From Gemmatimonadota bacterium (GTDB taxonomy: Bacteria; Gemmatimonadota; Gemmatimonadetes; Longimicrobiales; Gaopeijiaceae), in NCBI GenBank assembly GCA_028873595.1, contig JAPPOV010000002.1:40378-104377 (forward strand): DNA of 64,000 bases, given 5' to 3'. The position numbers were made by a program, and so were the translations under genes. The first letter of the stretch is position 1. Every line of letters starts with the position of its first letter. This document shows positions 1-8,633 of the stretch, in pieces. Under the pieces are notes generated by a model, which worked only from the letters and a program-made list of their open reading frames with translations, ran no database searches and had not been told where the DNA came from.

Positions 1-1298
1 TGGCCGAGGGAAAGGGCGATCGCGACCACCGCGCCCGCCAGCGAACCCCAGAGGAGTGCGTTGTATGACTCGGCCTCGCCGAAAACGTCTCGAAGCCCGG
101 CATCGGGGCCCGCCCCCGCTCGACCGGTTGCGTACAGCGTGAAGAGTACGACGAAAATCACGGTCAGTACTGGGACACCGGCGTTCCACCACTGCTGGGG
201 CGCACCTTCCTTCGGCTGCATCTCTTCGGCCGCCGTATCGGTCGGGAGGGTCGCGTCGGGGGAGTAGAGTCCCCTGCCGGCAGCTGCCCGGAGTTCGGCC
301 CTGGCCATGGGGCCGAAGTCCCGACCACTCAGCGAGGTCATGAAGACGAAGGCGAGGGCGAGAAGCGGGTAGAAGAGATACGGGATGGTCTGGACGAAGA
401 CCGTGAACGAACTCGCGCTCAGAAGGACACCGGCAGCTTCGGGTGTCTGTGCCGAAGCGATCTCGAAGCCATCCCCGATCAGGCTGATCTCGTAGCCGAC
501 CCAGGTCGAGACGGGGATCAGGGCTGCGACCGGTGCGGCGGTGGAGTCGACGAGGTACGCCAGCTTCTCGCGAGAAATCTTCAATCGATCCGTGATGGGC
601 CGCATCGTGTTGCCCACGATCAGTGTATTGGCGTAATCGTCGAAGAAGATCGCCATGCCCGCGCCCCAGGTCGCGAGCTTCCCTCGTCTCGGAGTGCGCG
701 CGAGGGGCTCGACTGCTTTGACGATCCCCTGTGTGCCGCCGTTTCGAGACACGACACCGACCATCGCGCCAAGAAAGAGTGTAAACACCATGATGGCCGC
801 GTGGTCGGCGTCGGCTACTGCGGGTACGACGAAGAGGTCGACCAGGCGACCGGTCGCCTTGATCGGGTCGAACCCGACCACGAAGAAGGCGCCAAGCCAT
901 ACGCCGGCGAAGAGGGCCGTCACAACCTCCCGAAAGATCAGCGCGAGCGCGATGGCGAGCAGGGGCGGTAGAACGGATGCCCAGCCCGGGATGACCGTCG
1001 CTTCGACCTCGAACGACTCCTCACCGACGAGGACGGTGAGCGGGAGGTCCTCCCGCGATTCGACAAGGATGCCGGTCGCCAGTGCAGACTCGTGCGGAGG
1101 GACGGTGCCGCCTGAGAGGACATCACCCCGCACGTTTCGCACCTCGAACCGCTCAGACTCATCTGCACCGCCCATCACCTCGATGTCGAACGGGATGCTC
1201 GAGAGCATCACCGAAGGTGCGTCGGAGACTTCCTGCCCGGAGAGGGGCACCGTCGAGGCGAGGCACAACAGGGTGATCGAGAGTGTGCGAAAGCGCAT
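1..1298 (-). CDS. Na+/H+ antiporter, NhaC family (N-terminal ~432 codons; the C-terminus runs off the left edge)
   Basis: The ORF track omits it because there is no stop inside the window. My reverse-strand translation from ATG 1298 stayed open in every segment I re-checked: MRFRTLSITLLCLASTVPLSGQ..., followed by several hydrophobic helices. It contains GMAIFFDDYANTLIVGNTMRPITD, which is typical of NhaC-type antiporters. The + ORF 655..1368 is Arg/Ser/Thr-rich antisense noise. Confidence 0.8.
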   Translation of the reverse strand, partial: MRFRTLSITLLCLASTVPLSGQEVSDAPSVMLSSIPFDIEVMGGADESERFEVRNVRGDVLSGGTVPPHESALATGILVESREDLPLTVLVGEESFEVEATVIPGWASVLPPLLAIALALIFREVVTALFAGVWLGAFFVVGFDPIKATGRLVDLFVVPAVADADHAAIMVFTLFLGAMVGVVSRNGGTQGIVKAVEPLARTPRRGKLATWGAGMAIFFDDYANTLIVGNTMRPITDRLKISREKLAYLVDSTAAPVAALIPVSTWVGYEISLIGDGFEIASAQTPEAAGVLLSASSFTVFVQTIPYLFYPLLALAFVFMTSLSGRDFGPMARAELRAAAGRGLYSPDATLPTDTAAEEMQPKEGAPQQWWNAGVPVLTVIFVVLFTLYATGRAGAGPDAGLRDVFGEAESYNALLWGSLAGAVVAIALSLG

Positions 1299-1475
1299 GG
1301 CAGGTGCGTCGGAAAGCGGTCCGGTTGTGTACGTGGCGCACAGAATGGGGGATCTGCCCTCCAGATGACAGGGCCACCCTGGTCGTTGACCCGCGGAGCG
1401 CCAGGGCCGAACTTTCCGCCGCCACGCGGGCGTGGGGTTGCTCCCGGGCCCGACCCGTCCCCTGGACAGGATCAG

Positions 1476-2036
1476 ATGCCGACACTGAATCGCATCCACG
1501 TCATGAGTGAGTCGGACGTTCAGCGGGCGGTGGCCCGGATGTCCCGGGAGGTTGTGGAGCGAAACGGCGGGACAGAGGACCTGGTCCTCATGGGCATCCA
1601 CCGCCGCGGGACTCATGTCGCCGACATGATCCGAGACGAGATCGAGCAGGCCGAAGGCGTATCCATCGAGACCGGCTCGATTGACATCACGCTGTATCGG
1701 GACGATCTCGAAGTCGTCGGCCCTCGCCCGATCATCGGAGGATCCGAGCTGCCATCGAGCGGTATCGATGACAAGTGTGTGGTAATCGTCGATGATGTTT
1801 CGTTCACTGGCCGCACGACGCGCGCCGCGCTCAACGAACTCGGAGACTGGGGTCGCCCGAAGCGAATCCTGCTCTGCGTACTCGTCGATCGCGGTGGTCG
1901 GGAGCTACCGATCCATCCCGACATTACCGGTCGGACGGTTCAGGTGCTCGAAGGTCAGCGGGTCGAGGTCCTCGTCCCTGAGCTGGACGGCCGTCTTGGC
2001 GTGGAACTCATACAGACGTCTACGGAGGATGCGTGA
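1476..2036 (+). CDS. pyrR: Bifunctional pyrimidine operon regulator / uracil phosphoribosyltransferase PyrR
   Basis: From the internal ATG at 1476 the product is 186 aa, normal PyrR length. It reads [32 protein letters not shown]...[10 protein letters not shown] and carries the PRPP motif [18 protein letters not shown]. The Pro/Gly-rich 37-codon extension of the track ORF is not protein-like. The stop overlaps the pyrB start. Confidence 0.9.
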   Translation: MPTLNRIHVMSESDVQRAVARMSREVVERNGGTEDLVLMGIHRRGTHVADMIRDEIEQAEGVSIETGSIDITLYRDDLEVVGPRPIIGGSELPSSGIDDKCVVIVDDVSFTGRTTRAALNELGDWGRPKRILLCVLVDRGGRELPIHPDITGRTVQVLEGQRVEVLVPELDGRLGVELIQTSTEDA

Positions 2037-3004
2037 CGGACACCGTTCCACCCCTCGGAAAGGACCTCGTCGGCCTGGAAAAGCTGACCGCCGGTCAAAT
2101 CCTCCAGATCCTCGATACGGCAGAGCCCTTCAAGGAGATCTCGGAGCGCCGAATCAAGAAAGTGCCCGTCCTGCGAGGAAAGACGATCGTCAACCTCTTC
2201 TTCGAGGCATCCACGCGCACGCGTGTGTCGTTCGAATTTGCCGAGAAGAGATTGAGCGCCGACACGGTGAACATTTCTTCTTCGGGTTCCTCCGTTGTGA
2301 AGGGCGAGACGCTCGTGGACACGGCTCGGAACCTCGAAGCGATGCGCATCGACATGGTCGTGATGCGACACGGTGCTTCCGGAGCGGCTGACTTCCTGGC
2401 GGAGCGCATTCCTTCCAACGTGGTCAACGCGGGAGATGGTTGGCACGAACACCCGACGCAGGGGCTACTCGACCTCCTGACGATTCGTGACCACATGGGA
2501 CGGTTGGACGGCCTCAAGGTGTGCATTGTCGGGGATATCCTCCATTCGCGGGTCGCACGCTCGAACATCTACGGCCTTCGGACTCTTGGGGCTGAGGTCG
2601 CCGTGTGCGGGCCGCGTACCCTGCTGCCTCCGATGGTCGAAGAGCTCGGGTGTCAGGTCTTCGCTCATATACAGGAGGCGATCGAATGGGCAGACGTCTT
2701 GAACGTGCTCAGGCTGCAGCTGGAGCGCATGGAAGGCGGATACGTGCCCAGCCTCCGCGAATACAACCACATATGGGGCGTGACGTCGGAGCGACTCGAG
2801 GCCGCCCCGCGTGATCTCCTGATCCTGCATCCAGGCCCTATGAATCGTGGGGTCGAGATCGACTCCGATGTCGCCGACGGACCGCACTCGGTCATCCTCA
2901 ATCAGGTCACCAACGGGGTCGCTGTCCGCATGGCGGTCCTTTATCTGCTCGCCGGTGGTCAGCCCGAGAAGGCTGAAGCCGCGAAGCAGGGAGCCGAATC
3001 ATGA
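2033..3004 (+). CDS. pyrB: Aspartate carbamoyltransferase catalytic subunit
   Basis: Motifs [23 protein letters not shown] and [13 protein letters not shown] are present. It has a 4-nt overlap with pyrR and with pyrC. Confidence 0.95.
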   Translation: MTDTVPPLGKDLVGLEKLTAGQILQILDTAEPFKEISERRIKKVPVLRGKTIVNLFFEASTRTRVSFEFAEKRLSADTVNISSSGSSVVKGETLVDTARNLEAMRIDMVVMRHGASGAADFLAERIPSNVVNAGDGWHEHPTQGLLDLLTIRDHMGRLDGLKVCIVGDILHSRVARSNIYGLRTLGAEVAVCGPRTLLPPMVEELGCQVFAHIQEAIEWADVLNVLRLQLERMEGGYVPSLREYNHIWGVTSERLEAAPRDLLILHPGPMNRGVEIDSDVADGPHSVILNQVTNGVAVRMAVLYLLAGGQPEKAEAAKQGAES

Positions 3005-4284
3005 GTGGGAAGCTCTTGCTGAAGGGTGGTCGGGTCATCGACCCGAGCCAGAACCTGGATGACACCCGAGACGTTCTGCTGGTCGACGGGCAGGTCGCGT
3101 CCCTCGCACCATCCGTAGATGCGCCCGAGGATGCGCAGACGGTGGACTGTTCGGGTCTTGTCGTGACTCCGGGACTCATCGACGTGCACGTACATCTGCG
3201 AGAACCCGGAGAGGAGCACAAAGAGACGATCGCGACCGGGGCGGCCTCGGCCGCCGCCGGTGGATTCACGTCGATTTGTGCGATGCCGAACACGAATCCG
3301 CCGATCGACGACCCGGCAGCGGTCGGCTTCGTGGTTGCCGAAGGGAAGAAGGCTGGGAAGGCTCGCGTGTACCCGGTCGGATGTATTTCCGTGGCCCGCG
3401 CAGGTGAGCGCCTGGCGCTGGTCGGCGAAATGGTCGAGGCGGGAGCGGTCGCGATTACGGACGACGGAAGCCCCGTGATGGACTCCGGCCTCATGCGGCT
3501 CGCGCTGGAGTACGCGCAGGCGTTCGGTATTCCGGTGGCCGACCACCCGGAGGATGTCACGCTTTCTGCTCAGGGGCACATGAACGAAGGAGTCATATCC
3601 TCACGTCTGGGCCTCGGGGGAAAGCCGAACGCGTCCGAAGACATCCACGTCGTGCGCGACTTGATGCTGGCGGAGCTGACTGGTGGACATATCCATCTGC
3701 AGCATTGCTCCACGCGTCTCGGTGTGGAGATGATTCGCCAGGCGAAGGCTCGGGGTGTGCGTGTCACTGCGGAGGCGTCGCCTCACCATCTGGTGCTGAC
3801 GGAGCAGGCGGTCGAGGGGTACCGCACCGAAGCGAAGATGAACCCGCCGCTGCGGACGCAGGCCGACGTGGATGCCGTGAGGGCCGGGGTCGCGGATGGG
3901 ACGCTCGACACCATCGCCACCGACCATGCCCCCCACCACTATGATGAAAAGGAGGCCGCGTTCGCCGACGCCCCCAACGGGATCGTAGGATTGGAGACGG
4001 CGCTCGGGATTGTGCTTACGCGGGTCGTCAGCGAGGGGGTGATCGATCTCTCGACCATGGTCGAGCGGATGAGTTGTCAGCCGGCTCGGGCGTTCAACCT
4101 TCCGGGTGGAACTCTCGCCGAGGGTTCTGTCGCCGACGTGACCGTGTTCGATGCAACGGAACGATGGACGGTCGACGCGTCCGAGTTCTTGTCCAAGAGC
4201 CGGAATACGCCCTTCGGAGGCTGGGAACTTACCGGCCGACCCCGTGTGACCATCGTTGATGGTCGGATCGTCTGGAGCGCGTGA
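3001..4284 (+). CDS. pyrC: Dihydroorotase (multifunctional-complex type)
   Basis: Motifs [13 protein letters not shown] and ATDHAPH are present. The product is 427 aa and the gene sits in pyrR-pyrB-pyrC order. Confidence 0.9.
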   Translation: MSGKLLLKGGRVIDPSQNLDDTRDVLLVDGQVASLAPSVDAPEDAQTVDCSGLVVTPGLIDVHVHLREPGEEHKETIATGAASAAAGGFTSICAMPNTNPPIDDPAAVGFVVAEGKKAGKARVYPVGCISVARAGERLALVGEMVEAGAVAITDDGSPVMDSGLMRLALEYAQAFGIPVADHPEDVTLSAQGHMNEGVISSRLGLGGKPNASEDIHVVRDLMLAELTGGHIHLQHCSTRLGVEMIRQAKARGVRVTAEASPHHLVLTEQAVEGYRTEAKMNPPLRTQADVDAVRAGVADGTLDTIATDHAPHHYDEKEAAFADAPNGIVGLETALGIVLTRVVSEGVIDLSTMVERMSCQPARAFNLPGGTLAEGSVADVTVFDATERWTVDASEFLSKSRNTPFGGWELTGRPRVTIVDGRIVWSA

Positions 4285-4338
4285 TCCGTCGTCGATGGTT
4301 CGGTCGCCGTCGTCGAATGACTCGGCGGCAGGAGGAGG

Positions 4339-4378
4339 AAATAGAAAGAGACCCGGGGGCTGGGAGCCGCCGGGTCTC
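4339..4378 (-). terminator. Rho-independent terminator of rpsT
   Basis: On the minus strand the sequence reads GAGACCCGG-cggctcccagccc-CCGGGTCTC followed by TTTCTATTT. This is a 9-bp perfect stem plus a T-tract, about 40 nt downstream of the rpsT stop. Confidence 0.6.
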
Positions 4379-4415
4379 GGTCGTCATGGCCGGGAGGAAC
4401 GCCTCCCTGAGGGCG

Positions 4416-4670
4416 TCAGGCCAGCGAGTTGACGTGCCGCGCGAGGTTGCTCTTGATACGCGCGACCCGATTCGGGTGATAGAGCCGTCGCGTCGCGGCG
4501 CGGTCGAGCAGAGCAACAGCTTCCGTAAGGCTGGCGGAGCCGTCGGCGGCACTTTCCGCGGAACGGACCTTCTTGATGGCCGAACGGATGCGCGAACGCT
4601 CTGCACGGTTCTTGAGGCGTGCGGCGGCGCTGAGCTCCATCCGCTTCTGGGCACTTTTGATGTTCGGCAT
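4416..4670 (-). CDS. rpsT: 30S ribosomal protein S20
   Basis: MPNIKSAQKRMELSAAARLKNRAERSRIRSAIKK is a classic S20 N-terminus. The product is 84 aa and basic. Confidence 0.95.
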   Translation of the reverse strand: MPNIKSAQKRMELSAAARLKNRAERSRIRSAIKKVRSAESAADGSASLTEAVALLDRAATRRLYHPNRVARIKSNLARHVNSLA

Positions 4671-4784
4671 TGCTGACCAGTGATGCAGTTTTTCGAAGAA
4701 ATCCTAGCTGAGAAAGCTAGACGAGTCGGAGAATGGGATCAACGGGTACGGGCGTTTGGAAAGGAGCGGTAGCTTAACCGGCTT

Positions 4785-5438
4785 ATGGAAGCTCTTGTTC
4801 TCATCGTGGTGCTCATCGGCTCGATCGTCGTGCACGAGGTCGCCCATGCATGGCAGGCACGGCGCGAGGGAGATCACACGGCCGAGCGACTCGGTCGCAT
4901 CACGCTCAACCCGATTCCTCATCTGGATCCCCTGGGATCCTTCATCGTCCCCGCGCTGCTCTACCTGTCGGGGAGTGGAATCTTCTTCGGGTGGGCCAAA
5001 CCGGTACCGGTCAATCCACTCAACTACCGCAACTATGTAGCGGGAGACATCAGGGTCTCTCTCGCCGGCATTGTATCGAACCTGATCCTCGCTGTGCTCT
5101 CGACCGTCCTTATGGCGGTTCTGGTGAAGCTAGACTCGGTTGGTGCGCTCCCGGCGTCCGGATTCGACCCGGTGTTCGTTGCTCTGGAATTCGGGATCGT
5201 GATCAATCTGATCCTGGCTTTCTTCAATTTGATCCCAATCCCACCGCTGGACGGCTCCCATGTACTGGCCCATGCCTTGCCGAAAGAGGTGGCCGTCCGG
5301 TATCGGGATTTCGGTCAGTACGGTATTCTCGCCGTCATGGGCATCATCTATTTCGAGCCCGACGCCCTTAGCGTCGCGCTATCCCCCGTGTATTTCCTTC
5401 GCGGTCTCGCGGACTGGTTCATTCGTCTGTGGATCTGA
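4785..5438 (+). CDS. Site-2 protease family (peptidase M50) membrane metalloprotease
   Basis: An HEVAH zinc motif lies in the first helix. There are multiple TM segments and a later NLIPIPPLDGSH motif typical of M50. Confidence 0.8.
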   Translation: MEALVLIVVLIGSIVVHEVAHAWQARREGDHTAERLGRITLNPIPHLDPLGSFIVPALLYLSGSGIFFGWAKPVPVNPLNYRNYVAGDIRVSLAGIVSNLILAVLSTVLMAVLVKLDSVGALPASGFDPVFVALEFGIVINLILAFFNLIPIPPLDGSHVLAHALPKEVAVRYRDFGQYGILAVMGIIYFEPDALSVALSPVYFLRGLADWFIRLWI

Positions 5439-6244
5439 CCGTCACCGAAGGCACGCCGGTGCGCGACGGCTTTCTCGTCATCGACATCGAGCGGTTCCAG
5501 GGACCGTTCGACCTCTTGTTGCATCTGATTCGCACGCAGGACATCGAGATCTTCGACATCCCGATCGCGAAGATCACCGACCAGTTCCTTCACGCCATCA
5601 GAGGACTCGAAGTCGATGACCTCGATGGGGCGGGGGAGTTTCTCGAGATGGCGGCGACGCTCATCCACATCAAGGCTCAGATGCTGTTGCCTAGATCGGT
5701 GGACGAGGAGGACGAAGATCCTCGAGCCGAGCTCGTTCGTCGGCTCCTGGAGTACGAGCAAATCCGAGACGTATCCCAGCGGCTTCGTGCAGCGGAGGCT
5801 GACCGCAGTCGCAGGCACGGTAAGGGCTACGTCCCTCCTCGCCCGAAGACACCGCTCGAGGAGATCCCTCTGGAAACCACGTGGGCGGACGTATTCGCCG
5901 CAGCCCTCGAGGTGAAGATGCCGCTGCCTACCGAGCGGGAGCACCGTATCGGCACCCGGAAGGTGACCATGGAGGAGAAGTCCGTTCTCATTCTCGATGC
6001 GTTGAAGAGCAGCACCCGGATTGAGTTCGGGAAGCTTCTCTCAGGATTCCGTGAACGCTCACACGGAGTCATGACGTTCCTGGCCGGGCTGGAACTCACT
6101 CGACGGCGAATTCTCTTTCTCCGTCAGACCAGTCCGTTCTCGGAGCTCTGGATCTATCGAAGGAACGAGCGCCTGGAGGCTGAGGAAGCTGAGCCCATGG
6201 ACGAACCAATGACGTCGAACGACGACGAAGGAAGCGACACGTGA
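5429..6244 (+). CDS. scpA: Segregation and condensation protein A
   Basis: FQGPFDLLLHLIRTQDIEIFDIPIAKITDQFL is present. The start is GTG. The end has a 4-nt overlap with scpB. Confidence 0.9.
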   Translation: MDLTVTEGTPVRDGFLVIDIERFQGPFDLLLHLIRTQDIEIFDIPIAKITDQFLHAIRGLEVDDLDGAGEFLEMAATLIHIKAQMLLPRSVDEEDEDPRAELVRRLLEYEQIRDVSQRLRAAEADRSRRHGKGYVPPRPKTPLEEIPLETTWADVFAAALEVKMPLPTEREHRIGTRKVTMEEKSVLILDALKSSTRIEFGKLLSGFRERSHGVMTFLAGLELTRRRILFLRQTSPFSELWIYRRNERLEAEEAEPMDEPMTSNDDEGSDT

Positions 6245-7041
6245 ACGCGCACCAGATCGTCGAGGCAGTACTCTTCGCCTCGGACGCGCCCCTCACTGCA
6301 GACGAAATCGCTCGCGCCGACGAGATGCTCGACGAGGATCAGGTCGAGGAGGCTCTGCGGTTCCTTCGAGCCGAGTACGACGACGCGGCCCGAGCGTTCC
6401 AGCTTCACGAGCTCGCGGAGGGCTACCAGATCCTCACACGGCCTGAATATGCCCCGTATCTGGAACGATTCGACAATGTGCCCAAGTCGTCGCGCCTCTC
6501 CGGCCCAGCACTGGAAACACTGGCGATCATCGCGTACCGGCAACCCATCGGTCGGCTGGAAGTGGAGTATATCCGTGGGGTGAACGCATCGGGTGTGATC
6601 CGGACCCTCCAGGATCGGCGCCTGATCGATGTCGTGGGCAGGGCTGAAGGCCTGGGCCGCCCTCTCCTGTACGGGACGACGAGGTTCTTTCTCGAACACT
6701 TCGGGTTCGGCTCCCTGGAGGATCTTCCGCGTCCGGAAGAACTGCCCGTGGTGCTCCGGGAGCGCGTCCCGCTGGGGTCTGAACAGGCCGCCGTGGAGCA
6801 AGTCGAGGGCGCGGACGAAGCCGACGCAGCGTCGGGGGAGGCTGGCGAAGCCAGTGAGACCAGCGAGGAGTCGGAAGCCGGGATGGAGCAGGAGGCGTCG
6901 GAGGCGTACGCCGGCCTGGACAGTGAATCGACGATCGCTCTCGGCGTCGAGTCTGCTGAGGAATCCGAGACTGAATCAAAGGCGGATGGCGAGGGCGACG
7001 GGCATCAGGAACCCCAGGACGAGCCTGAGCGGGAGTCGTGA
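6241..7041 (+). CDS. scpB: Segregation and condensation protein B with a long acidic C-terminal tail
   Basis: IVEAVLFASDAPLT and LETLAIIAYRQPI..LEVEYIRGV are present. The last ~80 aa are Glu/Asp/Ser/Ala-rich. Confidence 0.9.
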   Translation: MNAHQIVEAVLFASDAPLTADEIARADEMLDEDQVEEALRFLRAEYDDAARAFQLHELAEGYQILTRPEYAPYLERFDNVPKSSRLSGPALETLAIIAYRQPIGRLEVEYIRGVNASGVIRTLQDRRLIDVVGRAEGLGRPLLYGTTRFFLEHFGFGSLEDLPRPEELPVVLRERVPLGSEQAAVEQVEGADEADAASGEAGEASETSEESEAGMEQEASEAYAGLDSESTIALGVESAEESETESKADGEGDGHQEPQDEPERES

Positions 7042-7047
7042 CTCAAC

Positions 7048-7773
7048 GTGGCTGATGCCGTTCGGGTACAGAAGTTCATCTCCCAGTCCGGACGAGCTTC
7101 TCGGCGAGAGGCCGAGCGCATGATGGTCGCTGGCCGGGTTACGGTGAATGGGACCGTCGTCACGGAGTTGGGGGTGCGTGTCGACCCCGACTCGGATGTC
7201 GTCGCTGTCGACGGCGAGCCGGTCGACGCTGCGCTGAAGCGTTGGATCGCGTTCCACAAGCCTCCGGGCGTTCTCACCACACGATCAGATCCTCATGGGG
7301 GCAAGACAATCTACGACGTGCTTCCCAGTGAGCTTCGGGGGCTCCGGTACGTCGGCAGACTGGATCGTGATGCGGAGGGACTTCTGCTACTTACGAACGA
7401 CGGCGAACGCGCGAATGCGCTCGCACATCCAAGCGGAGGAGTCGAGCGAGAGTACTGGCTCGAGGTAACTGGTCGGGTCAGGCGGGACACACTCGATCGA
7501 CTGACTGCCGGGGTCGAACTGGAGGATGGTGTCGCCCGAGCGGTGCGTGCACGCCTGTTGAGCGTCGGAGGCGTCAGCTCGAAGCTCACGCTTGTTCTGA
7601 CCGAAGGACGTAAGCGGGAGGTCCGGCGGATGCTGTCCGCGGTCGGGCACCCCGTCATGCGGCTTCGCCGTGAACGGTTCGGGTCGATTCGGCTGGACAC
7701 ACTCGCGCGTGGGGCGTGGCGAGAACTGGGAGCGCGTGAAGTACGTGGGCTTGCCGTCCTCTCGGGCCGCTAA
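7048..7773 (+). CDS. Pseudouridine synthase, RsuA/RluB family with N-terminal S4 domain
   Basis: An S4-like segment RVQKFISQSGRASRREAERMMVAGRVTVNG is followed by the catalytic motif GRLDRDAEGLLLLTNDG. The gene follows scpAB, as rluB often does. Confidence 0.85.
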   Translation: MADAVRVQKFISQSGRASRREAERMMVAGRVTVNGTVVTELGVRVDPDSDVVAVDGEPVDAALKRWIAFHKPPGVLTTRSDPHGGKTIYDVLPSELRGLRYVGRLDRDAEGLLLLTNDGERANALAHPSGGVEREYWLEVTGRVRRDTLDRLTAGVELEDGVARAVRARLLSVGGVSSKLTLVLTEGRKREVRRMLSAVGHPVMRLRRERFGSIRLDTLARGAWRELGAREVRGLAVLSGR

Positions 7774-7948
7774 GGAACATCCGGACGGGTCGAGCACGTT
7801 CCGGGGACGGGCGCGGAGAAGGCTGAGTGGCGACGTCGCGAGGCCGCGTGGTTCAAACGGTGCACTTGGGTCGTGCCGCTCCGCCGCTGAGAGGGCGGCA
7901 CCGTCTGACCAGGTGGGACACGCATGCGAGGCGCGCTATTCGCGATCG

Positions 7949-8608
7949 TCAGCGCACTTCGACGATTACGACATCGGCACCGGCGGTGCCGGAGTTCCTG
8001 ATCCAGTAACGATCTCCCTCAAGAATCATGGCGGTCTGGCCGGCCGTCTCGAGCGATGTCACCCAGCTGTCCGCGTGCTCGACGGCGATACGCCCGTCAC
8101 GCACCAGGACCAGGACTGAAGGTGCGGTCGCGAGGTGTGGACCGGACCGCTGGCCGCCGTCGAGTGAGAGCGTTGCATGGCGGAACCACCGGTCCTCGTG
8201 CAGGAGTTCACCCGGTAGGGGCCCGGAGGTCACGACCTTGGGTTCGGAGTCTCTAATCTGCACCGCGATCAGTCGGAAGAGCGTGCTGCCGACGTTCGTC
8301 ACTCGATGAGTCACCGGGCGCTGTGCATACGACTCGACCGCCCGCACCGCCCCAATCCGCCCAGGAGGAGGCGTTCGTGGCTGAGTGTTGTTCCACGTAC
8401 CCTCGAGTACCATCTGGTCCGTGCTCGAGGTGCCGATCGTCACGTACGTGATCGGTGTGTCGTGTGTGTGAAAGAGGGTCGTGTCACCGGGTTGGATCTG
8501 GACGTCGAGCACCCGCAGGTCTGGGGTGTCTCGGATCAGTCGATGCCGTGGCTCTTCGTGCACCATGACTACCCGCTGGGCACAGGTCGGCGCGGGCGTG
8601 AGGACCAC
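7949..8608 (-). CDS. Cupin-fold protein (bicupin-like), function unknown; start uncertain
   Basis: There are two cupin-like halves (LDVQIQPGDTTLFHTHD... and ...AMILEGDRYWIRNSG). It lies 25 nt downstream of trkH on the same strand. See the finding on its signal-peptide-like upstream extension. Confidence 0.55.
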   Translation of the reverse strand: MVLTPAPTCAQRVVMVHEEPRHRLIRDTPDLRVLDVQIQPGDTTLFHTHDTPITYVTIGTSSTDQMVLEGTWNNTQPRTPPPGRIGAVRAVESYAQRPVTHRVTNVGSTLFRLIAVQIRDSEPKVVTSGPLPGELLHEDRWFRHATLSLDGGQRSGPHLATAPSVLVLVRDGRIAVEHADSWVTSLETAGQTAMILEGDRYWIRNSGTAGADVVIVEVR

Positions 8609-8633
8609 AGCCAGCAGGACAAGTGAAGCAGCT

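Noticed and set aside
655-1368. The + strand ORF of 237 aa at the left edge.
   Set aside because: Its composition is Arg/Ser/Thr/Pro-rich. It is antisense to a clean NhaC-type antiporter reading frame containing FFDDYANT.
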